Notes: generated from the sequence alone by a model not told the origin. A stretch of 64,000 nucleotides of DNA from Vicugna vicugna (GCA_013265495.1 MU058423.1:7450721-7514720); one strand, 5' to 3'. Counted from the first letter of the stretch, positions 13,294 to 26,290 are shown. Translations and numbers: made by a program.

Positions 13294-15242
13294 CCAGAAG
13301 TTCTTAAACTTTCTCTGTCCATGCTGCCCTTACGGTCTCAAATTTTTCATGACATATGTAGGCAAAAGGAAATATTCAGTCATTCTGCTTATTTAACAGT
13401 TAAGTTAAATTTTTTTAAGTGTTTATATCCTAAAATGCAGTAGTTATTTGAAAAATAAATGTGCATGAATTGAAAAAAAATTATTTCATTCTTATAATAT
13501 TCACTAACTTATTATGGGATGTGTGTGTTTATTTGGTACTATATTACTTCTCAACCCTTGAACTAGATTGGATGTCACCACACTCATTTCCTTCTCCAAA
13601 TTGATTTTTTGGGGGCAACGGCTACTTAAAATATATTTTTATATTACTTTTATATTATTATTTTATATTTTATATTTTATATTTTATATTATTATTTTAT
13701 ACTTTTTATATTAAGACTTCATATTTTAGAGTGGTTTTAGATTCACAGCAAATTGAGCGAAAGACACAGAGATTTCCTATATATTTCCCGACCCAACACA
13801 TGCATAGCTTCCCCATGAATAACATTCTCCATCACAAGCTTTGTTTTAATTAATGAACCTATGTTGACACGTCATGATCACCTGAAGTCCATTTTCTTCT
13901 TTACATTAAGTTCACTCTTGGTGTTGTATATTCTATGGATTTTGACAAATGTATAATGACATATATCCATCATGATGTTATCACACAGAGAATTTTCACT
14001 GATCTAAAAATCCTGTGTGTTCCACATTGCCATCCCTCTCCCCTCCCACAGCCCCTGGTAACTACTAAACCTTTTATTGTCTTCATAATTTACCTAATCC
14101 AAAATTTCATATAGTTAAAATCATACAGTATATAGCCTTTTAAAATTGCCTTCTTTCACTTAGTAATATGCATTTATGTTTCATCCATGTCTCTTCATGA
14201 CTTGTTAGTTCATTTCTTTTTAGTGCTGAATAATATTCCATTATCTGCATGTACCAACCAAGGACATCTTGGAATAAAACTCCTGTAGACAGCCATTCGC
14301 AGGTTTCTGTGTTAACAGAAGTTTTTAACTCCTTTGGGTAAATACCAAGGAGCATGACTGCCGTATCACATGATAAGTATAAGTTTAACTTTGTAAGAAA
14401 CCACCAAAATGTGGCATTTATCCTACCAGCAATGAATGCAAATTCCTGTTGCTCCTGTTGTTCCTTGGCCAGCATTTGGTGGTGTTGTCAGTGCCTAGCT
14501 TTTTGCTATCCTAATAGGTGTGTAGTGGTATTTCATTGTTGCTTTAATTTGCATTTCCCTGATGATTATGACATGAAACATCTTTCCATATGCTTATTTT
14601 CCATCTGCATATCGTGTTTGGTGAGGCGTCTGGTTTTTGGACTGTTTTTAATCAGATTGTTCTCTTTTTGCTGAGTTTAAAGGCTTCTATGTGTATTTTG
14701 GATAACAATTCTTTATCAGATGTGTATTTCAGAAATATTTTCTCCCAAACTGGCCTGTCTTCTAATTATCTTGGTACTGTCTTTCACAGAGTAGAAGTTT
14801 TTAAATTTAATAAAATCCAGCCTATCAATTCCTTCTTTAATGGATCTTGCCTTTGGTGTTATACAGAGAAAGTGATCACCACATCCAGGGTTACTAGGTT
14901 TTCTCCTACTTATCTTCTAGGACCGTTAGAGTTTTGAGTGTTACATTTACAACTGTGATCACTTTTGAGCTAAATTTTGTGACGGGTGTAAGGTCTGTGC
15001 GTACATGGGTTATTGCTTCTGATTGCCAAAATAACACTAGAAACCTAGCTTTATGCTACCATTCAAATTAATGTAGCACAATATAATGCTGAAACTGTTA
15101 ACTTCCTCAAGCTAGTATTTTACATTGTTTAACAGATGTTTAGTATTGCTGAATTTCTTTTGAAAATTTAAAATGTCCTACAGCATCCCTGTGAGCTCAG
15201 TGTGGTGTCCTGCAGTGCCTCAGGACATAGTTTGGGAACTAG
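13294..15242. mobile_element. Probable hAT-Charlie DNA transposon (about 13294-13630 and 15010-15242) split by an L1 insertion
   Basis: Charlie-like termini cagaagttcttaaacttt... and ...ggacatagtttgggaact flank the L1. Confidence 0.45.
13631..15010 (-). mobile_element. L1MC/MD-type 3' end with AT-rich (TTTTATA)n tail at 13631-13712
   Basis: ttttagattcacagcaaattgagcg...ttcactcttggtgttgtatattctatgg...ttgccttctttcacttagtaatatgcattt...ttttgctatcctaataggtgtgtagtggtatttc. Confidence 0.85.
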
Positions 15243-15309
15243 GGGTATTTGCCATTGATAGAAAAATCAAGGGATGTAAATGTATGAAAAATAAATCTAC
15301 AGATTTTAT

Positions 15310-16250
15310 TAAAAGCAAAGGGGTTACATAGCAGAAGACATTTGTAGTACATAGCACAAATATAGGAATATATCTGGAATATATAAAGAATTTCTACAAA
15401 GCAATAATAAAAGAGAAATAATCCAACAGAAAAAAATGAGTAAATATCTTAAATATTTTGCAAAACATATTCTGAAAGGATTTTATAAGAGAAATATATG
15501 AAAATGCAATTGATCAATAGCAATCAAATAAATGCAAAATAAAACTACAATAGATACTGTAACACACTTGCTGTTATGAGTTGGCAACCCATTAAAATCA
15601 TCAACAATTTATATTTTTCCAAAGCATAGAGCAATGGATTTTTTATATACTGCTGGTAGGAGTGTAACTAGTACATTGACTTTGGAAACAAGCTTCATTA
15701 AGTTAGAATTCACATATCCTTTCAAAGATGATTCCACTCTGAGTACCACTCTAGACAGATGCATGCTCAATTACCCTAGGATACACATGTTGGTCATACT
15801 GAGAAAAACTGGAAACAACCTAAGTCTCTATCAATAATAAAGAATTAAACTGCATATCCATGAAGTGGCATACAACACAGCAAGACAATGGATAAACTAT
15901 ATTTAAATCTTAAAAAAAATTATGTCAAGTGAAAGTCAGACACATAAAATATATACTGTGTGATGCTATGGATATAAATTTCAATTGGGCAAAACTAAAC
16001 TATACTCCTTGAAATGAATGAGTGGAGACTAAACTCAACAAAACAAGGTATTGACTGCCACAGGGTTGAGAGCAGTGGTATTTTATAAGGAGTAAGATGT
16101 TATGAGGAAGAGACAATTGGGAACAATTTCTGAGATTCTAAGAATGTTACATATTTTGACCTGGAAGATAGTTATACAATATTCACTTTGTAATAACTTA
16201 ATTGCATGTTTTGATTTATACCCTTTTCTATGGATGTATTATATATCTAG
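15310..16250 (+). mobile_element. Old L1ME-type ORF2 end and 3'UTR
   Basis: tctggaatatataaagaatttctacaa; aaatgcaaaataaaactacaatagatac; ggcaaaactaaactatac; ttgacctggaagatagttatac. Confidence 0.65.
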
Positions 16251-16532
16251 GTTTGAGAAATAAATGGTTAAAAACCCAGGATATACCAACTCAAAATGTT
16301 AATTGCCTTTGAGAGCTGATCAAAATGGCATTCAGTATATCTGCTGTTTTATATTTTTCAAGAATTAGGCTAAAAGTTTAAGTGGCAAAAATTAGCATTT
16401 GTAATTTTGGATGAAAAGATATGAGTATTAGTTGTATTTTCTACATTTCTGCTCTGTTTCTGTCCAGGAAGTATCCACAATAAACAACAAAAAAATCAAA
16501 ACAGGCCACATATACCAACAATGTACACTTAC

Positions 16533-16557
16533 TCTCCAATACCATCTGTGGTGGTCC
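16533..16557 (-). other. Candidate 25-nt exon (phase 0: GPPQMVLE)
   Basis: tctttatactgtactgtag|GGACCACCACAGATGGTATTGGAGA|gtaagt; consensus donor, unique sequence. Confidence 0.35.
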
Positions 16558-17442
16558 CTACAGTACAGTATAAAGATATTTTTACAGGTTGTTTTTACGA
16601 GTTTTGCAAGTTGTAGAGTCACATGAGACAAAAGCCAGAAAGTTTTCTGTGGATCAATAGATCAAATAACTATCTATAGAGTGGAATGCATAATAGAAAA
16701 GGGATGAATGGCAGGTCTAATTGGTAAAAATAGAATGGATTTGGGAAGACCTCTGAATTACATTGTGAAGATCAGGTTGCTTCACCAATACAGAAAAATT
16801 AGAAGAAAATCTGATTTTATTTAGAATTTGTTTGCTAGGCTACAGACAAGGAAGATCTATATTTTGTGAGTGAATATAAGATGTAAATATTGTAAGTATT
16901 TGTAACCCAATAAAACAATTATAATCATTTGTGACTACCTACATTTTGTCTTAATCATATAATTTTGACTAAGAGGTGCTAAAATGATTAAAAACTGAAA
17001 TATATTTTTAAAACAATTACTGGAAGGAAAAATTGATTTTACTCTATTCTAAGACACATCAAAAACATCTGTATTTAAAAATATTAAAAATTTTTTTCTT
17101 AAAAATGCATCCATATACCTAAAGCAAAGTTTTAAAATACTTTATATATTGATAATATAAATAATTAAAAAAAATACAATCCTTTTTGACTTATGTTATA
17201 GTCTATCTTAACACATTTTCTGTAGGCTTCCTGCAAAAGTGGACATGCTTAGAGTAATGTCTTTCCATTCAACCCTATTGTTTCTGGCAGTAGGTTGCAC
17301 AAGATTGGGGTTAGAAGACCATACGGACTAGAAAAAAAAAATGCAAATCTACTGAAAGCCTAGGGGTAATTTTTTTGGTTTGTTTTTGCAAATTTAAAAT
17401 AAATCACTCCTTTTTATCAATGGGAGGTTTGGCTTCCTCACA

Positions 17443-17473
17443 CCCTCCCCTACTACCCTCCCCACCCCCCCCC
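17443..17473 (-). other. G-quadruplex-forming motif
   Basis: Plus strand ccctcccctactaccctccccaccccccccc gives five G-runs of 3 or more with loops of 1-5 nt on the minus strand. Confidence 0.6.
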
Positions 17474-18679
17474 AGCTGGGTGCCTTGCACAGCGTACAGT
17501 ATGCCAAACCACACTTGATCACGTCAAAGATGAGAGATTCCAGGTTCAAGATCCATTTTAATATGGTACTTTTTAAGCCACTGTTAATTTGACAAGTTAT
17601 GTTAAATACTATATATACATATAAAATACATATAAATGAAGTTGTTCACTTAAAAATACACAAACAAAAAACTTCAGGCTATTTAATTCAGTAAATGTTT
17701 AACTATGTCTTTTAATGTGAAATGCTATTTTCAACAATTTCTGTTTAGACCAATAAATCAGACTGTTCTACTTCCATCTCTCTCTTTCAATGAGTTTAGT
17801 ATCATGACTATGTTGTAGTGGAATTTATTTTGCTAAGGTTTCCCTTGAATGTCATGAATTCTGTTGTTTGTGGTCTAAGACAGATTTGTCAAGAATGCTG
17901 AATATTTTTGCATACAGTGAAATAATGTACATGGTACAGCCTGTGTGTCCTATATGAAAGCAATATTGCTTCAAAGTCCTGTTGCAAATTTTTTATTTCC
18001 TACTTTAAAAGCATAAAATAAAAGTTTATAGCACCACAAACAGTATGTAAGAAATACTTTCAATGACATGACTACATAAATACTGGTCCCCCAAAATATA
18101 TCATTGTCCTAAGAGTCCCAGCTTATTAGAGAAATGCTACCAGTTTATAAACAAATACACAACCCATCAGCTATAAGGCCAACATTGGTCAGCAGAATTT
18201 TAATCAGAAATGGCTCAAATCCTAAAACATAGGTATGAAAAAATTATATGAATCAGGAGCTGTGAAACAGAGGAAAATTTTCCTTTCATTGACTTCTTTA
18301 CACTATTCCATCCATAATTACTTGTCCCTGGCTTCTTGGAAGGAAGCCAAACGTAGGAATGACTGGCTCATTAGGACTGTTTCTATAAGGAATAACAGAT
18401 ACCTGTTATTATTAATTACAAAAACAAGGGGAAAACAAGAAAGTGGTTTTATATTACTATTTTTGATGCCAGGTTATTAAGGTAGGAAACATTATTACGG
18501 TAGGAAAGGTATGAAAATAATGTAATTACATTTTAGACTATGAACAGAAAACTTCATCATGTCAGATCATTGGTTACTCTCTAAGGTACTAATTTTCAAA
18601 ATAGTCTGTAACATAGCATAAAGTACTTGCATGTTAATTTTTGCACTCTTGTTTGTAAATACTCTCCAGTGTTCCTTAC

Positions 18680-18706
18680 AGTGATGGTGTTTGTCAATCT
18701 TTTTGA
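18680..18706 (-). other. Candidate 27-nt microexon (phase 0 SKRLTNTIT; phase 1 xKKIDKHHHx)
   Basis: tattttttcttgttgtttctcag|TCAAAAAGATTGACAAACACCATCACT|gtaagg. Confidence 0.35.
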
Positions 18707-18912
18707 CTGAGAAACAACAAGAAAAAATACATTTTACATTATGGTGCAGCATGTATGTATGCGTGTGTATGCGTTTGAATGAACCAGAAGTTCATACACA
18801 TACAATGACCTTAGTAGGTTAAATAAGCTTGTATATAATCTCGTTTATGCATTTTATCTGTTTTATAATTTTCACTAATGATACAATTTTATTATTTCTC
18901 ATTAAGGAGAAT

Positions 18913-21513
18913 TAAATCATTAAGATCCCAAATCTCCTCAAATTAATGCTACTGGCTTTATTAACAGTTTGAAAAACATTCCCTTTGAGTACCTAAATTT
19001 GTGATGTTCAGTTTAATGCTTCAGAGCACATGCCTTACATAGCAAGGCACACTGAATAGACACTAATAAATAAATGAATGGGTGATGTTTAAAATTTCTC
19101 AGTCGCAATCACAGTCTAGCCCTACCTTTCCGAGACAACATCTCCGAACTTGATAGGAATTTTTGGAGTTTTCCAAACTCCCTAGGATTCATTTACACTC
19201 ACTCTCTTGGGTTACTTCTGCAGGGAGTTGCTGCAGTTAAGTGTTCATTCTACAACTTTAATTTAAAAAGAAAAGAGTAAGTCTTGAAGCTGTGAGTCAC
19301 AACTGCAGTTAAGTGTTCATTCTACAACTTTAATTTAAAAAGAAAAGAGTAAGTCTTGAAGCTGTGAGTCACAATATCAGTTCTGCCATGTATTATTTGT
19401 TAATTTCTGAGACTGCTGTCTTATTTACAAATCTATACTAATAATTAATATGTAAGTTTGTTATGCAGATTAAATTTTATGATGAACACCAAACAGTAAA
19501 TCTGAAGACGAGTCAATAAATGCTAAATGGTGTTAATGCTGCTTCTGCCTCGCAAGATGCAGCATGTCTTCTGCAAACAATTTTGTCTGTGGTCTGCTGT
19601 GTTTCTTACTTTACCACATCTTTTTATTTTTGTCTCATAAATTTAACCAATTAAACCAACTGCCATGCTCCCATTGATTTGAATCACGTTTTTAATGAAA
19701 ATAATTTCTCTGCAAAATATGATAATAATTTTTATCAAATCAGAAAACATTAGTATAATGCTGATTACAACAGTGATTGATTAGACAGAAGTTTCCAAAA
19801 AGCTACCCATGGATGGCTTTATTAGACACACATAAAATAAGTCGTCTTTGGTGGGAATACCAAAAGGGATCATAGGATCAGTATGTTACACCCATTCAGC
19901 AACTATTTCCCATACCTCAAAAAACGGAAACTCCGTATCTGTCCATTTTTTATAAACCAAAAAAAAAATGTATTTAGTAAACATAAAGAAACAAGGATAT
20001 TTCATTAACACTTGCTCAGATACAGACTAGACATGATGCTACTGCATCCTGCAAGTCCTGACATTATGTTCTCGTTTTTAAATTCTGCACTTGGGAGATG
20101 GCAGCCTTCTGCTTCTGATTATGACGGAGCTGCGTGTGTCAGATCAGTCAGCCCAACATGAATAATTAGAAAAGTTGAAACAGAATTAAGAATTTTAAAA
20201 AAATGTATTTAAAGACAGTAGAGAGCGGCCAGGACAATCAGGCCTTGAGGTGCCAAAAATCACAAAGAGGAAGAAACTGCACCGGAAGAAGTCTGGACTT
20301 TTATGCTGCCTCTTCCGTTGGAGGCATTGGCTGATTCCTTGTTCCGGCTTCTTACACACGTGGTAGTTATTTTGAGATGATCTGTTTTGCTGCTCGTGGT
20401 TGTCACTTACTTTTTATTGCTTACTAGCTTTCTGTTGTCTAGATAATACTAGTTTATCCAGTCACCTGTTGATGGACATCTAGTCTTTTTTTTCCAGTAT
20501 TTGGCTATTATATTTAAACATTTGGGGAAAATCTTTCTTTTAAGGAATTTTTCCATTTTATCTAGGTTGTTGAATTATGGACATGAAGTTGTTCACAATA
20601 GTAGCAGACAGACTTTAGGATGGCATCTGTAATTCCTGCCTCCTGGTTTTCTTGCCCTGCATCATCCCCTTCCTTTGCTGTGTGGGCAAAACCTGTGACT
20701 TGCTTCTAGTCAATACAACGAGGCAAAGTTGAAAGGACCGTGCAGATGCAGGGCACCCCTCACGGGTCTGAGGCAGGTAACTTCCTTTAGGCAGGAGGAT
20801 GGGGCGACCGCCTCATTTGTTTCGCATCCCCCAGGAATCACTAACTTGCTTAATGTCCATTGTCATGAAAACCATTTTTCTCCCCACATTTTGTATGAGT
20901 TTGTTTTGTTTTTTCTTATGGAAGGCTAAATTTGGTTCCTGTTAATCCATCTTGGTCAGAGGCAAAAGTCTCCTTAAATGTTCTGAAATAGAAAATTCTG
21001 AGAGAATGGTGTCTGCCCCTGAATCTTTCTTACAGAATTTTTATTATCGTTTGTTGAAGTAAATCCGTAAAATAATGCTGTGCCATACTATAAACATTTA
21101 TAATTATGTAATAAGTTGTTCTTATTTTCATATAAGCTAATTAAATATTTAAACTTTGATTAACCAATAATGAACGTATAGGATAGCAAAACTTTTTTTT
21201 TCCATTCCTACGTCCTTTATCAGTCTGCCTCCTTTATTTACTTATTTTCTCAACTACTTCTATTTTAATATCCTCTTAAATTTTATAATATGTATTGGAT
21301 GCCTCTACTTTCTGCCTCCTCTCCTCTGCTGAAACTGAGTCAGTACATAGGGGCCACAGAGAAAAGATTTCTTACTGAACATTCTACATCTCGAGGACTG
21401 AAGACACAACCAAACTTAGTGACTGCTTTGTGAACATTACTCACTGGTTTTGGACTCTGAACATAAACAAACAAAAAACCTCTAGTGCAATTCTATAGAC
21501 AGAGACCAAATTT
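18913..21513 (+). repeat. Tandem segmental duplication, copy 1 (2601 nt)
   Basis: Near-identical to 21515-24054. The ORF track shows the same 66-aa ORF at 20729 and 23270 (offset 2541). Confidence 0.97.
19231..19374 (+). repeat. Perfect 72-nt tandem duplication (2 units), present only in copy 1
   Basis: ctgcagttaagtgttc...gctgtgagtcacaa at 19231-19302 and again at 19303-19374. Confidence 0.97.
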
Positions 21514-21514
21514 A

Positions 21515-24054
21515 TAAATCATTAAGATCCCAAATCTCCTCAAATTAATGCTACTGGCTTTATTAACAGTTTGAAAAACATTCCCTTTGAGTACCTAAAT
21601 CTGTGATGTTCAGTTTAATGCTTCAGAGCACATGCCTTACATAGCAAGGCACACTGAATAGACACTAATAAATAAATGAATGGGTGATGTTTAAAATTTC
21701 TCAGTCGCAATCACAGTCTAGCCCTACCTTTCCGAGACAACATCTCCGAACTTGATAGGACTTTTTGGAGTTTTCCAAACTCCCTAGGATTCATTTACAC
21801 TCACTCTCTTGGGTTACTTCTGCAGGGAGTTGCTGCAGTTAAGTGTTCATTCTACAACTTTAATTTAAAAAGAAAAGAGTAAGTCTTGAAGCTGTGCGTC
21901 ACAACTGTGTCTTAATATCAGTTCTGCCATGTATTATTTGTTAATTTCTGAGACTGCTGTCTTATTTACAAATCTATACTAATAATTAATATGTAAGTTT
22001 GTTATGCAGATTAAATTTTATGATGAACACCAAACAGTAAATCTGAAGACGAGTCAATAAATGCTAAATGGTGTTAATGCTGCTTCTGCCTCGCAAGATG
22101 CAGCATGTCTTCTGCAAACAATTTTGTCTGTGGTCTGCTGTGTTTCTTACTTTACCACATCTTTTTATTTTTGTCTCATAAATTTAACCAATTAAACCAA
22201 CTGCCATGCTCCCATTGATTTGAATCACGTTTTTAATGAAAATAATTTCTCTGCAAAATATGATAATAATTTTTATCAAATCAGAAAACATTAGTATAAT
22301 GCTGATTACAACAGTGATTGATTAGACAGAAGTTTCCAAAAAGCTACCCATGGATGGCTTTATTAGACACACATAAAATAAGTCGTCTTTGGTGGGAATA
22401 CCAAAAGGGATCATAGGATCAGTATGTTACACCCATTCAGCAACTATTTCCCATACCTCAAAAAACGGAAACTCCGTATCTGTCCATTTTTTATAAACCA
22501 AAAAAAAAATGTATTTAGTAAACATAAAGAAACAAGGATATTTCATTAACACTTGCTCAGATACAGACTAGACATGATGCTACTGCATCCTGCAAGTCCT
22601 GACATTATGTTCTCGTTTTTAAATTCTGCACTTGGGAGATGGCAGCCTTCTGCTTCTGATTATGACGGAGCTGCGTGTGTCAGATCAGTCAGCCCAACAT
22701 GAATAATTAGAAAAGTTGAAACAGAATTAAGAATTTTAAAAAAATGTATTTAAAGACAGTAGAGAGCGGCCAGGACAATCAGGCCTTGAGGTGCCAAAAA
22801 TCACAAAGAGGAAGAAACTGCACCGGAAGAAGTCTGGACTTTTATGCTGCCTCTTCCGTTGGAGGCATTGGCTGATTCCTTGTTCCGGCTTCTTACACAC
22901 GTGGTAGTTATTTTGAGATGATCTGTTTTGCTGCTCGTGGTTGTCACTTACTTTTTATTGCTTACTAGCTTTCTGTTGTCTAGATAATACTAGTTTATCC
23001 AGTCACCTGTTGATGGACATCTAGTCTTTTTTTTCCAGTATTTGGCTATTATATTTAAACATTTGGGGAAAATCTTTCTTTTAAGGAATTTTTCCATTTT
23101 ATCTAGGTTGTTGAATTATGGACATGAAGTTGTTCACAATAGTAGCAGACAGACTTTAGGATGGCATCTGTAATTCCTGCCTCCTGGTTTTCTTGCCCTG
23201 CATCATCCCCTTCCTTTGCTGTGTGGGCAAAACCTGTGACTTGCTTCTAGTCAATACAACGAGGCAAAGTTGAAAGGACCGTGCAGATGCAGGGCACCCC
23301 TCACGGGTCTGAGGCAGGTAACTTCCTTTAGGCAGGAGGATGGGGCGACCGCCTCATTTGTTTCGCATCCCCCAGGAATCACTAACTTGCTTAATGTCCA
23401 TTGTCATGAAAACCATTTTTCTCCCCACATTTTGTATGAGTTTGTTTTGTTTTTTCTTATGGAAGGCTAAATTTGGTTCCTGTTAATCCATCTTGGTCAG
23501 AGGCAAAAGTCTCCTTAAATGTTCTGAAATAGAAAATTCTGAGAGAATGGTGTCTGCCCCTGAATCTTTCTTACAGAATTTTTATTATCGTTTGTTGAAG
23601 TAAATCCGTAAAATAATGCTGTGCCATACTATAAACATTTATAATTATGTAATAAGTTGTTCTTATTTTCATATAAGCTAATTAAATATTTAAACTTTGA
23701 TTAACCAATAATGAACGTATAGGATAGCAAAACTTTTTTTTTCCATTCCTACGTCCTTTATCAGTCTGCCTCCTTTATTTACTTATTTTCTCAACTACTT
23801 CTATTTTAATATCCTCTTAAATTTTATAATATGTATTGGATGCCTCTACTTTCTGCCTCCTCTCCTCTGCTGAAACTGAGTCAGTACATAGGGGCCACAG
23901 AGAAAAGATTTCTTACTGAACATTCTACATCTCGAGGACTGAAGACACAACCAAACTTAGTGACTGCTTTGTGAACGTTACTCACTGGTTTTGGACTCTG
24001 AACATAAACAAACAAAAAACCTCTAGTGCAATTCTATAGACAGAGACCAAATTT
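21515..24054 (+). repeat. Tandem segmental duplication, copy 2 (2540 nt)
   Basis: Begins taaatcattaagatccc and ends gagaccaaattt, like copy 1; a single A at 21514 forms the junction. Confidence 0.97.
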
Positions 24055-24112
24055 TCTCTAAATAACCCAACCCCTGGTAGAACAAATCTCCTAGAATACT
24101 TTTTTTTATTAC

Positions 24113-24208
24113 CTCCACTCTTAAAGATAGAAGACCATTGTGGGATTGTGGCTGTGGTACTCGGCACAGGTGGACACAATGCCACAAATATTGTATCCAC
24201 ACTTAGCA
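24113..24208 (-). other. Candidate 96-nt exon (phase 1, open: LSVDTIFVALCPPVPSTTATIPQWSSIFKSG)
   Basis: aaactacag|TGCTAAG...AGAGTGGAG|gtaata; relatively GC-rich patch in AT-rich unique DNA; weak pyrimidine tract. Confidence 0.15.
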
Positions 24209-24459
24209 CTGTAGTTTACTATAGCTGTAGTAAATTGGTAAAAATAATTTAATGTTGAAGAAATTCTATAAGCTTTAGTAATTAAGCTCCAACTATATTA
24301 TTAAGTTTATGTTCACTTATAGCTATAAAATAACCATTCTATAATTATTATTTAATTTTATTCCAGAGAGACCTAAGGTTTTCCATTTGCTATCATTTAC
24401 CAAATCAATTAAGAAATTATAGTTAATTACCTCCTGGAATAGTTAGTTAACAAACTAGT

Positions 24460-25950
24460 TCATGGTGTCCTCCACGTCTCTTAGGTGCTGTTCATTTTTT
24501 CTCCATTCTTTTTCCTTTCTGCTCCACAGACTAGGTAATTACAATTGCTCTGTCCTCAAATGCTCATATATTATATTGTCTGTTTCAAATCTGCTATTGA
24601 ACTGCTGTAGTGAATTTTTCATTTCTTATATTGTACTTTTTAGCTCCAGAATATCTGGGTTTTTTTATAATCATAATTTTATAATTTCTCTGTTTTTTAT
24701 ATCTCTGTTGATAGTCTCTATTTGTCATACATGGTTCTCTTGGTTTCCTTTAGCTCTTTGTCTATGGTTTCCATCAGTGCTTTGAGCAAATTTAACATAG
24801 TTGATTTTAAAGTCTTTGCCTAGTAAGTCCAAAGTCTGCACTTCCTTAAAAACAGTTTCTGTTAATTTATGTGAATGTGTTATACGTTCTTGTTTCTTTG
24901 CATACTTCTGACTTCTTTGTTGAAAACTTACTGTTTTGAATAGTATAATGTGGTAACTTGGGAAATAAGATTATTCCCCACCTCACAGTTTTCTTGTATT
25001 GCTTTCTATGCTTGTAGATGTTTGTTTAGTGGCTTTTTGAAAGTATTTCTGCACAGTGTGTGTTCTTTGTCATGTTTGATCTCTCAAGCCTCTTCCAATC
25101 AGTGTTTGACAGAATTTCCTTGAAAGCCAGGTGCCTTCTCCCACTCACTAATAAAAAAAGGATAAGAAAAAAACTAAAAAAAGAAAGGGCGGAAAATCTC
25201 TCATAGTCTTTGCAAATTTGCTTTGCTGGGGACATTCCTTCAATTCTTAGCGAGGCTGTTTACAATCCTGCCTTAACTTCACGTCTCCGTGCACGGAGCC
25301 TAGAGATCAGCCAGAGACGAAAACAGGGTCTTCACGGGTCTCTTCTAAGCATGTGGATGCCCTGGGTATGAGTGTGACTTTCTGCAGTCCCCGGAATGCA
25401 CCGGTACTTTGGCATGCCCTAATTTCACAAAAAGACTCTCCCTAGCTTTTCCTCCCAGGCTTTCAATGCTCTGTAACTTGTTTGAACTTTATTTTGCCCT
25501 AGGCAGCTGCAAGCTGTTCTTTGCTTTACAATGTTTTTGAGAAATGCTTGTTACTTTTCCACCCTGAATGAGTTCTGAGTTAGGCAAAATGAAGACAAAT
25601 GCCTTGCCTGAATTGTTCAGGTGCATACAAACACAATTCTTTGATAATAAAGTCTGCTCTGCTCCCTACAGATACAGGAAACTGCTTCCCAGCTGGGGAA
25701 TCTGGACTACAGTTTTCCACACTATCGCATAACAGGGAGGCTGGTGGAGCAACGGCAAGTAAAAATACTATAATGCTTTCCAATGCTTTTTAGGTTACTT
25801 TGCTTGATTCGTATTTGTTTGGCTGCTGTAAACCTTTGACTGTTTTCCAGAGTCTTACAAGGTTTATTCCAATTGTTTTTGCTTGTTGTCTAGGCTTCCA
25901 TGGAGAGATGGGTCGTAGCTGCCACCTACTCGCTATTTTCAATGAAGTCA
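24460..25950 (-). mobile_element. Old L1 5' region (ORF1 and 5'UTR)
   Basis: tcttaggtgctgttcattttt...ctgtttcaaatctgctattgaactgctgtagtgaatttttcatttc...tttagctccagaat. Confidence 0.65.
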
Positions 25951-26134
25951 CGCAAAGCACTTATTTTTAAAATGACACCCTATGCAGGACCCTGATATAT
26001 TAAAATGCTGCTTCTTTAAACTGGAGCAATTTAGAATGTGACAGAACAATCCTCCTACACAGCCTCCCCCTTCTAAGATTTGTCCTTCAAAGTGTTTCTT
26101 TAAAAATCTAGGTATTTTTGATAAACTGCTTGAC

Positions 26135-26290
26135 AATCAGTGATATAAATCCATTTTACAAATAAGAAAATTGAGATTCCCAAGGCGTGAAGTAACATCT
26201 TCTTTTAACACCGCAGTAGGAAAAGACAAACCTGAGATCCAAATCTAGGTATTTTGGCTTCTTCTCTGTTGTTCTTTCCACCATGCTTTT
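26135..26290 (-). mobile_element. MIR SINE
   Basis: ccattttacaaataagaaaattgagattcccaaggcgtgaagtaac...gagatccaaatctaggt. Confidence 0.6.

Noticed and set aside
14140..14937. Overlapping ORFs of 106-115 aa
   Set aside because: They lie inside a decayed L1 3' region and are antisense or frameshifted ORF2 remnants, not host genes.
19231..19374. CRISPR-like or satellite array
   Set aside because: Only two abutting units without spacers, in mammalian DNA.
20729..23470. Identical 66-aa ORF occurring twice
   Set aside because: A product of the tandem duplication; starts at TTG, lies among repeat fragments, and has no recognisable domain.
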